A stretch of DNA of 64,000 nucleotides from Myxococcales bacterium. Its GTDB lineage: Bacteria > Myxococcota_A > UBA9042. Made by a program: the position numbers and the translations under genes. The stretch lies in contig JBBISH010000009.1 in NCBI GenBank assembly GCA_037441385.1, positions 27,191-91,190 on the forward strand. Reading direction: 5' to 3'. Under the pieces are notes generated by a model. It made no database searches, was not told the origin of the DNA, and saw only the letters and a program-made list of their open reading frames with translations. Shown here piece by piece: positions 1 through 8,827 of the stretch (its first letter is position 1; every line of letters starts with the position of its first letter).

Positions 1-1
1 G

Positions 2-343
2 GAGCTCGGCGCTGCGCACGATGCGCGCGATGCGCTGCGACAGCACCCGCTGAGTCCACGACACCAGCCCGGATCCCAGCAGCACAAAGATGAAAAGCCC
101 GGCAAGGCAAGTCAGCCAAACAGAAACAAAATCGCTGCCCGCCTGCTCTACGGCCGCGCGCGCCGCCGCCGAATTGCCGGTCGCCTCTTGCAGCGCGCGC
201 ACGCGCTGGTCCACCTGGCCCATCACGCCAAACGTCACCACCACCATGCCCGCGGCAAACACCCACAGCGGCAGGTGGCCCAGCAGGAACAAACGCCCCA
301 AGGGCTGGGTCGCTATGACCGATTTCGGGTCTAGTTTGGACAC
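2..343 (-). CDS. Membrane sensor protein, probably a histidine kinase; N-terminal part only, truncated by the window edge
   Basis: Manual translation from GTG at 343: MSKLDPKSVIATQPFGRLFLLGHLPLWVFAAGMVVVTFGVM...VWLTCLAGLFIFVLLGSGLVSWTQRVLSQRIARIVRSAEL. Two TM helices are followed by a HAMP-like start. Not in the ORF track. Confidence 0.55.
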   Translation of the reverse strand, partial: MSKLDPKSVIATQPLGRLFLLGHLPLWVFAAGMVVVTFGVMGQVDQRVRALQEATGNSAAARAAVEQAGSDFVSVWLTCLAGLFIFVLLGSGLVSWTQRVLSQRIARIVRSAEL

Positions 344-386
344 GGGCCACCTACGTGCCGCCAGAGAGGGGCGGCTTGTGCGCGGG

Positions 387-3300
387 TCAGCGAACCCACA
401 CGATGGGATCCTTGAGCACGTTCCACCCCACGCAACCTACGTGGATCGAGGGATAATTGGCCACCGTGCTGACGCTGATCACGCTGGTGGTGGGCACGGC
501 CGCCGCGGCCACGGCCGCCGGCATCGACTGGCCCGGATTGTACGCTGGATTGCCGTACGAGCGCGGGGTCTCGCTTTCACTTTGATCCAGCACCACTTGC
601 TGGGTGGTGTGGCAGCCCGGTGGGTTGGACCATGCCACGCCATTCCAGGTCCAACCGGTCTGGTCGGCGCTGGTGCCGACGACGTCGATGGTCGTGGCCG
701 GTCGCCCGTTGTACGAGTTCACGGTGTAGGTCGCGTTGGAGCGCTTGCCCAGGAGCCAGAAGGAAGTGCCTTGCGACAGCCCGACTTGGGTGTAGGGCAC
801 CGTGTAGTTCAGCTTGGCCAGCGGACTCAGGTGGACTAGCGACGTCCAACCGCCCCCTTGGGTGACCATGTCGCAGTAGGCCTGGAACGCTCCCGTCTTG
901 TTGGGGTCGAGCCAGTAGGCTCCGCTCTTGGCGGTGGGGTTGGCCTTGAGGATCGCCAGGCAGTTGGCCGCGGGATTGATCTGGGTGCCCAGCGAACAAA
1001 CGCCGGCCGTGCAGATGCCGGTGCCGCCACAACTGGTGCCGTCGGGCGCGGCGGTAGCCGTGCAACCCTTGGCAAGGTCGCAGGAGTCGGCGGTGCAGGG
1101 GTTGCCATCGTCGCACAGCACCTTGCTGCCGCTGCACTTGCCGCCGGCACACGAGTCGCCGCTGGTGCAGGCAGAGCCATCGTCGCAAGTACCTGGGACT
1201 GCCAGCGTTTTGCAGCCGCTGCCCGGGTCACACCAGTCGACGGTGCACGTTTCGCCGTCGTTGCAGGTCACGGGGCTGCCGGCGCAGGCGCCTTTGTTGC
1301 ACTGGTCGCTGCCGGTGCAGGCGTTGCCGTCGCTGCAGGTGGCAGTGTTGGGCAGGAAGACGCAGCCCTTGTCGGGGTCGCAGCTGTCGTCGGTGCACAA
1401 GTTGCCGTCGCTGCAGGGGATCGCCGCGCCAGCCTTGCACGAGCCGCCCGCGCACTTGTCGCCCGCGGTGCACACCGTGCCGTCGTCGCACGGCAGGGTG
1501 TTGGGGAGCGAGGCGCAGCCCTTCTGACTATCACAACTATCGGTAGTACAAGGGTTCTTGTCATCACAGTCCACCGGCGCGCCGCTCTGGCAGGCGCCCT
1601 GGCTGCAGGCGTCGCCGCTGGTGCATTGGTTGCCGTCACTGCAGGGCGCGGTGGTGGCGGCGAACACGCAACCGCTCTCGGCGGCACAGGAATCGGCGGT
1701 ACACGGGTTGCCGTCGTTGCAGGTCAGCGGGCTGCCGGGGCTGCAACTGCCGCCGGCGCACTGGTCCTTGGCAGTGCAGGCGTTGCCATCGTCGCACGGC
1801 AGGGTGTTGGGGGTGCTCTTGCAACCCTGCCCTGCGTCGCAGTTTTCGGTGGTGCAGGGGTTGCTGTCGTCGCACGGCGGCGGCACACCGGGCAGGCAGT
1901 CGCCGCCCTGGCAGACGTCGCCCTTGGTGCAAGCATTGTTGTCGTCGCACGGCTTGCTGTTGGCGGCGAACTGGCAACCCTTGATTTTGTCGCAGCTATC
2001 GTCCGTGCACGGGTTGCTGTCGTTGCAGACGACGGCCTTGCCGGCCGCGCACGCACCGTCCAAGCACGCATCGCCCAAGCTGCAGGCGTCGCCGTCGTCG
2101 CAAGGTAGCGTGTTGTTGGCAATTTTGCAGCCGCTGCCGGGGTCGCAGGTGTCGGTGGTGCACGGGTTGCCGTCGTCGCAGACCTTGGCGGCGCCGGGGA
2201 CGCAACTGCCCTGCGCGCACTGGTCGCCCTGGCTGCAGGCGTTGGCGTCGTCGCACGGTTTGTCGTTCTGGGTGTGGGTGCAGCCCAGGGCGAGGTCGCA
2301 GCCGTCGTCCGTGCACGGGTTGCCGTCGCCGCACGCCACCGCCGCGCCGGGGGCACACGCGCCGCCCTGGCAGGTGTCGCCCTGGGTGCAGGCGTTGCCG
2401 TCGTCGCACGCCAGCGTGTTGGGCGCCGACTTGCAGCCGCTGCCTGGCTCGCAACTATCCGTGGTGCAAGGGTTGTTGTCGTCGCAACCCAGCGCGGCAC
2501 CAGGGACGCAAACGCCGCCCGCGCACTGGTCCTTGCTGGTGCAGGCGTTGTTGTCGGTGCACGGTGCGTCGTTTGCGGTGGCGGTGCAGCCGCTGGCGGG
2601 CAGGCAGGCGTCGTCGGTGCACGGGTTGCCGTCGTTGCAGGCCAGGTTGGAGCCCGGCTTGCAGGCGCTGTCCACGCATAGGTCGCCCTCGGTGCAGGCG
2701 TCGTTGTCGCTGCAGGGCAGACCCGAGTTCACGTGGCTGCAGCCGGACTTCGCCTCACACGCGTCCGTGGTGCACGGGTTGCTGTCGTCGCAGCCGGGCT
2801 GCACGCCGGGTTGGCACGCGCCGCCCAGGCACAGGTCGCCGACGGTGCAGGCATTGGCGTCGTCGCACAAGGATCCATCGGCCAAGGGCGCGCTGCCGCA
2901 GACGCCCGCGACGCAGGTCGCGAGCAGGCAAGTCCCTGTCGGCGCTGGGCAATCACTTGGGGTGGCGCAAGCGGCCACATCCACGCCTGCGTCGGTCTCG
3001 GCATCGGCGGTGCCGTCTGGCCCCGTGTCCGCCTCGCCGTCGGGCAGCGGCAGATCCGGCTCGACGGTATCCGGCGGCGCGGTGTCGGGCTGAACCGTGT
3101 CCAGTGGCTGCGCGTCCGGCGCGGTCGTATCGGGCATGGTCGTGTCGGGCGCGGCCGTGTCGGGCGCGGCCGTGTCGGGAGGCGCCGTGTCGGGAGGCGC
3201 CGTGTCGGAACCTGCACTGTCGACGGCGTTCGCATCGGCCTGCGCGCTGTCGGGCTTGCTGGTATCCAGGCCGATTTGGCCATCAAACCCACCCACGTCC

Positions 3301-3434
3301 GCAGCGGTGTCGCCAGCAGCACCCTGGCCAATAACGGTGTCTTCGTCGCCACAGGCGCTCGCCAATAGAGCCAGCGCCGCCGCCAGCAGCGCCACTCGTC
3401 CCCGGTGAATCGCACTCATTTCAAGACTTCGCAT
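387..3434 (-). CDS. Large Cys-rich lipoprotein with about 24 CxDGNxCT (Dictyostelium CTDC-like) repeats and a C-terminal fibrinogen-related/COLFI-like domain
   Basis: Lipobox LLASAC, PDTAP linker, repeats such as CDDGNPCTTDxC, and C-terminal NPAANCLAIL...SGAYWLDP...FQAYCDMVTQGGGWT. Start placed at ATG 3434 (AGGGA upstream); 3419 is also possible. Confidence 0.85.
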   Translation of the reverse strand: MRSLEMSAIHRGRVALLAAALALLASACGDEDTVIGQGAAGDTAADVGGFDGQIGLDTSKPDSAQADANAVDSAGSDTAPPDTAPPDTAAPDTAAPDTTMPDTTAPDAQPLDTVQPDTAPPDTVEPDLPLPDGEADTGPDGTADAETDAGVDVAACATPSDCPAPTGTCLLATCVAGVCGSAPLADGSLCDDANACTVGDLCLGGACQPGVQPGCDDSNPCTTDACEAKSGCSHVNSGLPCSDNDACTEGDLCVDSACKPGSNLACNDGNPCTDDACLPASGCTATANDAPCTDNNACTSKDQCAGGVCVPGAALGCDDNNPCTTDSCEPGSGCKSAPNTLACDDGNACTQGDTCQGGACAPGAAVACGDGNPCTDDGCDLALGCTHTQNDKPCDDANACSQGDQCAQGSCVPGAAKVCDDGNPCTTDTCDPGSGCKIANNTLPCDDGDACSLGDACLDGACAAGKAVVCNDSNPCTDDSCDKIKGCQFAANSKPCDDNNACTKGDVCQGGDCLPGVPPPCDDSNPCTTENCDAGQGCKSTPNTLPCDDGNACTAKDQCAGGSCSPGSPLTCNDGNPCTADSCAAESGCVFAATTAPCSDGNQCTSGDACSQGACQSGAPVDCDDKNPCTTDSCDSQKGCASLPNTLPCDDGTVCTAGDKCAGGSCKAGAAIPCSDGNLCTDDSCDPDKGCVFLPNTATCSDGNACTGSDQCNKGACAGSPVTCNDGETCTVDWCDPGSGCKTLAVPGTCDDGSACTSGDSCAGGKCSGSKVLCDDGNPCTADSCDLAKGCTATAAPDGTSCGGTGICTAGVCSLGTQINPAANCLAILKANPTAKSGAYWLDPNKTGAFQAYCDMVTQGGGWTSLVHLSPLAKLNYTVPYTQVGLSQGTSFWLLGKRSNATYTVNSYNGRPATTIDVVGTSADQTGWTWNGVAWSNPPGCHTTQQVVLDQSESETPRSYGNPAYNPGQSMPAAVAAAAVPTTSVISVSTVANYPSIHVGCVGWNVLKDPIVWVR
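3141..3208 (-). repeat. Intragenic 15-bp tandem repeat (about 4.5 copies) encoding the PDTAP/PDTAA linker
   Basis: CGTGTCGGG(C/A)GCG-type units are visible directly in the sequence. Confidence 0.8.
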
Positions 3435-3593
3435 GGTTCCATCCCTGTGTCGCAGCCGCACCCTCACGGTGCCCAGTTTCACAAGTTTACATGAGCCCGG
3501 CGGCCTGTCGCCACTCCGGCCGGACTAGATATACGATTACTGTCATTTATCAAGTTAACTAGCTATTTATCGCCGCAATGGATTTACATATAT

Positions 3594-4310
3594 CTAGTCG
3601 TCGACTGGCAAGCGCGTCCCAGCCAAACGGTCCCAAAGGTCGGTATAGAAACCGAAATTGCCATTCGGATCCAGGTGATGGTCCGCATGGAAGCGCCCGC
3701 CGGTCAGCAGTGGCAGCCGGCGCGGCAAGGGCTCCACACCGCTGTGCCCCATCGCGCCCCAGGCGGCGTTCAGCAGCAGATACGCAAGCATGCCGGCCCA
3801 GCTCGGCCGCCACACCGCCAGCACCGCCAGCCAAAGCGCACCAAAACCACCGACTTCCAGCGGACTCAACACAAACAGGGTCAAGGGTCGCACCCGCTGG
3901 TAGCGGTGATGCAAGCCGTGCACCCAGCCAAAGATCAGTGGCCAGTGCGCCAGCCGGTGCGTCAGGTACATCGCCAAGTCCATGGTCAAAAGCAGGCCGG
4001 CCGCATCCACGGCCGCCTCGACCCAGCCACGCGTCGCCGCGATCGACAGCAGCCCACGGCGCCAGAGCAGCCAACCCAGCCAAGTCACTGCGGTATTGCC
4101 GAGCCACGTCAGCGCCGTGACGATCAGTTCGGCGCGGGTCAGCGGATCGGGCGGCGGCGACACCTGTCTCCGTGGCAGCGCCCTGCGCAGCGCCACGCCA
4201 ACGCCCACGCAAATCAGGATTTGTAGTGCATTTTCGACCAACAGCCAGCCCACCGCCTGCAGCGGAGTCCAGCTCTGCAGCCACGCCTGCAGTTGGTCCT
4301 CGGCGGGCAC
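3594..4310 (-). CDS. Sterol desaturase / fatty acid hydroxylase family protein
   Basis: His boxes HRLAH, HGLHH and FHADHH, the NFG motif, and several TM segments. Confidence 0.85.
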   Translation of the reverse strand: MPAEDQLQAWLQSWTPLQAVGWLLVENALQILICVGVGVALRRALPRRQVSPPPDPLTRAELIVTALTWLGNTAVTWLGWLLWRRGLLSIAATRGWVEAAVDAAGLLLTMDLAMYLTHRLAHWPLIFGWVHGLHHRYQRVRPLTLFVLSPLEVGGFGALWLAVLAVWRPSWAGMLAYLLLNAAWGAMGHSGVEPLPRRLPLLTGGRFHADHHLDPNGNFGFYTDLWDRLAGTRLPVDD

Positions 4311-4313
4311 GTT

Positions 4314-5099
4314 CTACCCCGCAACTGCGCGCAGGGCTTGCAGAATCGTCGCCGGTGACTGACCACCGTGGAGCGTGCGCTGGCCGCCCGGACCCGCCAG
4401 CTCAAAGTGAGGCACACCGCCGATGCCGGTCCGCGCCGCCGCCAGCGCGGCCTGACGGGTGGACTGCACCGCCGCCGTGTCCTGCAAGACCGCCTCGCCA
4501 CTGGCTTTGTCCAGCCCCGTGCCGACCCACACGGCCAGCAGCGCGGCCCGGTCGCCCGGGTTCATCCCCTCTTCAAAGTGGGCCTGGTGCAGCGCATCCA
4601 GCAGCGCCCCCTGCTTGGCCGGTGGCGCTGCGGCCAGTAGCGTATGAGCCAGCGAAGTATCTGCCATGATGCGCACTTTGCTGAAGTCGAAGTGCAAGCC
4701 GTACTGCTTGCCGGTCTGAGTGACGCGCTGGAACATGGCTTCGATGTTCGCCGCACCATAGCGCGTGGCCAGGTGCGCGCGCAGGTCCACGCCCTCGGGC
4801 GGTGCGTCGGGGTTCAGCAAGAACGGGTGCAGGCGCACTTCCACCGTCCCATCGCCCAGCTCGGCCAGCGCGGTCCGCAGGTTGTGGTGGCCAATGCGGC
4901 ACCAGGGACACACCACATCGTGGGTCAGGTCAACGACTATGCGGGCTTTGGGCATTGCGGGGGGCACGTTCACGTCCTTGGTGGCTGGGTTCGGGGTAGA
5001 CGGCGCGGGGTTGGTCGTGGCGACGGCGGCTTGGCGCGCACAGGCCAACATTGCCAAGTGGGCGGCAGCAAGTAGCAGGTGGCGGCGCGGAGTCGGCAT
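4314..5099 (-). CDS. DsbA family (FrnE-like) oxidoreductase, possibly exported
   Basis: DVVCPWCRIG active site, PFLLNP motif, GIGGVPHF cis-Pro loop. The start codon is uncertain. Confidence 0.85.
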   Translation of the reverse strand: MPTPRRHLLLAAAHLAMLACARQAAVATTNPAPSTPNPATKDVNVPPAMPKARIVVDLTHDVVCPWCRIGHHNLRTALAELGDGTVEVRLHPFLLNPDAPPEGVDLRAHLATRYGAANIEAMFQRVTQTGKQYGLHFDFSKVRIMADTSLAHTLLAAAPPAKQGALLDALHQAHFEEGMNPGDRAALLAVWVGTGLDKASGEAVLQDTAAVQSTRQAALAAARTGIGGVPHFELAGPGGQRTLHGGQSPATILQALRAVAG

Positions 5100-5265
5100 G
5101 GCGGCGAGCATAGCGACCACTGGCCCTGGCTCCAAGCAGCTGCGGAAATAGCTCAATCCTTTCGCGCGGTAGAAATTGCCCCCCAATGTGTTGTGGCCGT
5201 CACGCTTGCGTTGCCCTGGCCGGCGCGGCATGGTAGGGAACCCCCCAGCGGCGGTAGGAGCTGCA

Positions 5266-6435
5266 ATGTTGGCGCGCCTCTTCCTGATCCTCGGCCTCGT
5301 CGCCACGGCTGCGTGCGGTGCCGCGCCTGGCGGTGGCGGCGGCATGATGGCCGGATGCGTGCCGAACACGACGCAATTGTGCTATTGCTCGGCGACACTA
5401 CAGGGCATCCAAACCTGCTCAGTGGCCGGCGATGCCTGGAGCTTGTGCTCCTGCGCATCCCCCTTCGATGCCAGCGGCGACGGAAAATCCAGCAGCGACG
5501 GCGGGTCTGTGCCCCTGGGCAGCGACGGCGGCGCAAACAAGGACGCCAGCGCGTTCAAGGACAGCGGTGCCGCGCTCGACGACAGCAGCGAGCCCGATGT
5601 GGACTGGAGCGAGTTGCTCGACCCCGAGGACACCGGCAGCGATCCCAGCCCCGACACGGCCGTCCCGGACCAATGCCCCGAGCGCGCCAAGATCGTCTAC
5701 GTGGTCACCAAGGGCAACCAACTCCTCAGCTTTTCGCCCGACAGCCTTCTGTTCAAGCCAGTTGGCACGCTGGGCTGCCCTGCCGGGGTCGGCAACACCC
5801 CGTTCTCGATGGCCGTTGACCGCAAGGCCAACGCCTACGTGCTGTACCAAAGCTTTGCCAGCGGCGCTGGCGTATTCAAAGTCTCGACCCTGGACGCCAG
5901 CTGCACGGGCACCACCTATCAGCCCAACTTGAACGGTTTCGAGGTGTTCGGCATGGGCTTCTCGTCGGACGCGCCGGCCATCCCCGACGAGACGCTGTGG
6001 ATCGCCGGGACCCAGGCGCTGTCTTTCCAGGCCGGCCCGTGCAAGCTGGGCACTCTGGACGCCACGACGCTGAAGACGCAGGCGGTGGCGACCATCCCGC
6101 CGGCCTACGGCTGCCCCGACCTGACTGGCAACGGCCAGGCGCAGCTGTTCGGCTTCTTCCCCAACGCCAACCCGCCGGCAGTGGGGCAGATCGACAAGCA
6201 AACCGCGCAGATCACCAAGAGTTGGCCACTGCCCGCCAGCTTCGCCAGCACCGAGGCCTGGGCCTTTGCCCAGTGGGGCGGCAAGCTGTGGCTGTTTGCC
6301 AAGACGGCTGGAGACGTCAACAGCAACGTGTGGTCCCTGGATCCAGTCTCGGGCGTGACCACTAAAGCACTGAACAACATTGGCCATGTCATCGTGGGCG
6401 CGGGCGTCTCGTCGTGCGCGCCGACCGGTCAATAG
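5266..6435 (+). CDS. Lipoprotein with Cys-rich N-terminus and a beta-propeller-like C-terminal region
   Basis: AGGAG RBS before ATG 5266, lipobox VATAAC, D/S-rich linker, C-terminal IVGAGVSSCAP. Confidence 0.75.
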   Translation: MLARLFLILGLVATAACGAAPGGGGGMMAGCVPNTTQLCYCSATLQGIQTCSVAGDAWSLCSCASPFDASGDGKSSSDGGSVPLGSDGGANKDASAFKDSGAALDDSSEPDVDWSELLDPEDTGSDPSPDTAVPDQCPERAKIVYVVTKGNQLLSFSPDSLLFKPVGTLGCPAGVGNTPFSMAVDRKANAYVLYQSFASGAGVFKVSTLDASCTGTTYQPNLNGFEVFGMGFSSDAPAIPDETLWIAGTQALSFQAGPCKLGTLDATTLKTQAVATIPPAYGCPDLTGNGQAQLFGFFPNANPPAVGQIDKQTAQITKSWPLPASFASTEAWAFAQWGGKLWLFAKTAGDVNSNVWSLDPVSGVTTKALNNIGHVIVGAGVSSCAPTGQ

Positions 6436-6456
6436 GGCGCCCGCCCGGAGCTCCGC

Positions 6457-8106
6457 ATGCCTTCTATGGAACCCATGACCATTCTGGGCGCGTACCGCTT
6501 GCTCGCCCCGCTGGGCCAGGGCGGCATGGGCCAGGTGTGGCGCGCCGAGCACGTGCAGCTGGGGCGACCCGCCGCCGTCAAGGTGATCCGGCCCGACGTG
6601 CCCGAAGAGGCGCGCGCCCGCATGACCGAACGATTTGCCCGCGAGGCCAAGGCGACCGCGGCGCTGACCTCGCAACACACTGTGACGGTGCATGATTTTG
6701 GCACGACCCCCGATGGCAGCCTGTGGTACGCCATGGAACTGCTCGACGGCCTGGATTGCGAGACCCTGGTGGCCGCGGACGGCCCGCAACCCCCGGCTCG
6801 GGTGGTGCATTTGCTGCTGCAGATGTGCGACGCCCTGATGGAGGCCCACGCCCTGGGGCTGGTGCACCGCGACATCAAGCCGGCCAATCTGGTGGTGTGT
6901 CGCCAGGGCGCACGGTCCGATATCTTGAAAGTCCTTGATTTTGGACTGTCGCGGCCGCTGTTGCAGTTGGACGAGACCCGCCTGACCGCCGACGGCGCGC
7001 TGACCGGCTCGCCCGCGTGGATTGCGCCCGAGGCGGCGATGGGCGACCCGGACCTGGACCAGCGCGCCGATCTCTATGGTTTGGGCTGTGTTGCGTATTG
7101 GCTGCTGACCGGGCGGCAAGTCTTTGTCGCCGACCAGCCGATGCGCCTCATCATGTTGCACGTGGGCCAAGCGCCGCAGCCTCCGTCGAGCTGGCTGCCG
7201 CAGCCGCTGCCGCCGGACCTAGAGGCGTTGGTGCTGCAGTGCTTGGCCAAGTCGCCGGCCGACCGTCCGGCCGACGCGGCCGAAGTCGCTGCACGTTTGC
7301 GGGCTTGCGCACTGCCCGGCTGGACCGAAGACGACGCCCGGCAGTGGTGGGCGCGCCGCCAGAGCCACCCCGTCGCCCAGGGTACCAGCGAAGATGGCCC
7401 CACCGCAGACGGCACCATGGGCGCGCCCTTGATCCAAGCCCGACCCGAAGCCCCAGCGCCGGCCCCCGCTGCCGTGGCGCCAATTCCAGGGCCCGTTCGT
7501 GCACAAGCACCCAACGAGCCCAGGTTTTCGCCGCTACAGCTGTCGTCGGACCGGGCCCTGACGGTGGTGCGGCTGCAAGAGGCGTTTGCCCATTCGCTGC
7601 TGGACATGCCCGAGTTCGAGCGGCGGGTGGCGCGCGCCGAGGCGGCCAAGTCTCCCGCAGAACTCCCCGAACTGCTGGCCGATTTGCCCAAGCCCGTGCC
7701 CGCTGTGACCCAAGTGCCTACCCAACCTGGGACCGCGCTCGCGCTGGCCCCTAGCCGACAAGTGGCGATTTTCTCGGGATACGAGCGAGGGGGCTTGTGG
7801 CGCCCGCCGCCGCGAACCGACGGGGTCTACATCTTTGGCGGCGCGCAACTGGACTATCGCCAAGCGGAACTGCAGCCCGGGTGCACGTCCCTCAACCTCG
7901 TCTGCATCTTTGGTGGCGTCGAAATCACCGTCCCCGAGGATCTGCCTGTAGTCGTCGAGGGTTTTGGCATCTTTGGCGCGTTCCACAAGCGCGGCGGCAG
8001 CGACTCGCCCCCGGTCGACCCACAGAAACCTTGGTTGAAGATTACGGGCGCCGCGATCTTTGGCGGGGTGCAAGTGCGCATCAAAGGCAAGCGCAAATTG
8101 CCGTGA
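6457..8106 (+). CDS. Ser/Thr protein kinase fused to DUF1707 (SHOCT-like) and a LiaF/DUF2154-like domain
   Basis: GQGGMG, HRDIKPAN, DFG and APE motifs. C-terminal SDRALTVVRLQEAF...EFERRV...LLADLP, then IFSG/IFGG repeats. Confidence 0.85.
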   Translation: MPSMEPMTILGAYRLLAPLGQGGMGQVWRAEHVQLGRPAAVKVIRPDVPEEARARMTERFAREAKATAALTSQHTVTVHDFGTTPDGSLWYAMELLDGLDCETLVAADGPQPPARVVHLLLQMCDALMEAHALGLVHRDIKPANLVVCRQGARSDILKVLDFGLSRPLLQLDETRLTADGALTGSPAWIAPEAAMGDPDLDQRADLYGLGCVAYWLLTGRQVFVADQPMRLIMLHVGQAPQPPSSWLPQPLPPDLEALVLQCLAKSPADRPADAAEVAARLRACALPGWTEDDARQWWARRQSHPVAQGTSEDGPTADGTMGAPLIQARPEAPAPAPAAVAPIPGPVRAQAPNEPRFSPLQLSSDRALTVVRLQEAFAHSLLDMPEFERRVARAEAAKSPAELPELLADLPKPVPAVTQVPTQPGTALALAPSRQVAIFSGYERGGLWRPPPRTDGVYIFGGAQLDYRQAELQPGCTSLNLVCIFGGVEITVPEDLPVVVEGFGIFGAFHKRGGSDSPPVDPQKPWLKITGAAIFGGVQVRIKGKRKLP

Positions 8107-8140
8107 TGGGACAGGCGACCGCCCACTGCCGCCTGCGCCG

Positions 8141-8827
8141 TCAAGGCCGCAGCCGATACCCAACCCCCGGCTCGGTGATCAGGTGCCGCGGCCTCGCCGA
8201 ATCCACTTCGAGCTTGGCCCGCAATTGCGCCATATACACCCGCAGATAGTGGGTCTGCCCGCTGGCCCCCGGTCCCCAGACTTGCTTGAGCAGCAGGTTA
8301 TGGGTGACCACCTTGCCGGCGTGTTGGACCAGCGTGACGAGCAGCTTGTACTCGTGCGGCGTCAGGTGCACAGGCTCGCCGGCCCGGGTCACCGTGCGGA
8401 ACAGCAAGTCGATGCGGGTGTCGCCGAACTCAAAAACCTCTTGCGCATCTGGCAGTCGCGCGGCGTGCCGCAGGGCCACGCGCAGCCGCGCAAGCAACTC
8501 GCCCGCGCCAAACGGCTTGGTCAGGTAGTCGTCCGCGCCGCCATCCAGCGCGGCAATCTTGTCCGCCTCGCGGCCGCGGGCAGAGACCACGACGATCGGC
8601 GCCTGCGTCCAACTACGCAATTTTCCAACCACTTCCAGGCCATCCAGGTCGGGTAGGCCCAGGTCCAGCAGCACCGCGTCGGGGTTGTACTGCCGGGCCA
8701 GGCTGAGCGCTTCGGCCCCAGTGCCGGCCTCGACCGTGCGGTAGTCGTCTTGCAGCGTGGCGCGCAAGAACCGGCGAATCGGCAGTTCGTCGTCCACCAC
8801 CAGGATGAGGGGCATCGGCTCGGTCAT
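8141..8827 (-). CDS. kdpE: KdpE-type OmpR-family response regulator
   Basis: ILVVDDE...LLDLGLPD...GADDYLTKPF, then winged-helix HYLRVYMAQLRAKLE...TEPGVGYR typical of KdpE. Confidence 0.9.
   Translation of the reverse strand: MTEPMPLILVVDDELPIRRFLRATLQDDYRTVEAGTGAEALSLARQYNPDAVLLDLGLPDLDGLEVVGKLRSWTQAPIVVVSARGREADKIAALDGGADDYLTKPFGAGELLARLRVALRHAARLPDAQEVFEFGDTRIDLLFRTVTRAGEPVHLTPHEYKLLVTLVQHAGKVVTHNLLLKQVWGPGASGQTHYLRVYMAQLRAKLEVDSARPRHLITEPGVGYRLRP

Noticed and set aside
858..3093. Long plus-strand ORFs (858..2108, 1558..3093) and many similar ones, such as 39106..41883 and 30373..32508
   Set aside because: They are antisense or out-of-frame shadows of high-GC genes and carry no motifs of their own.
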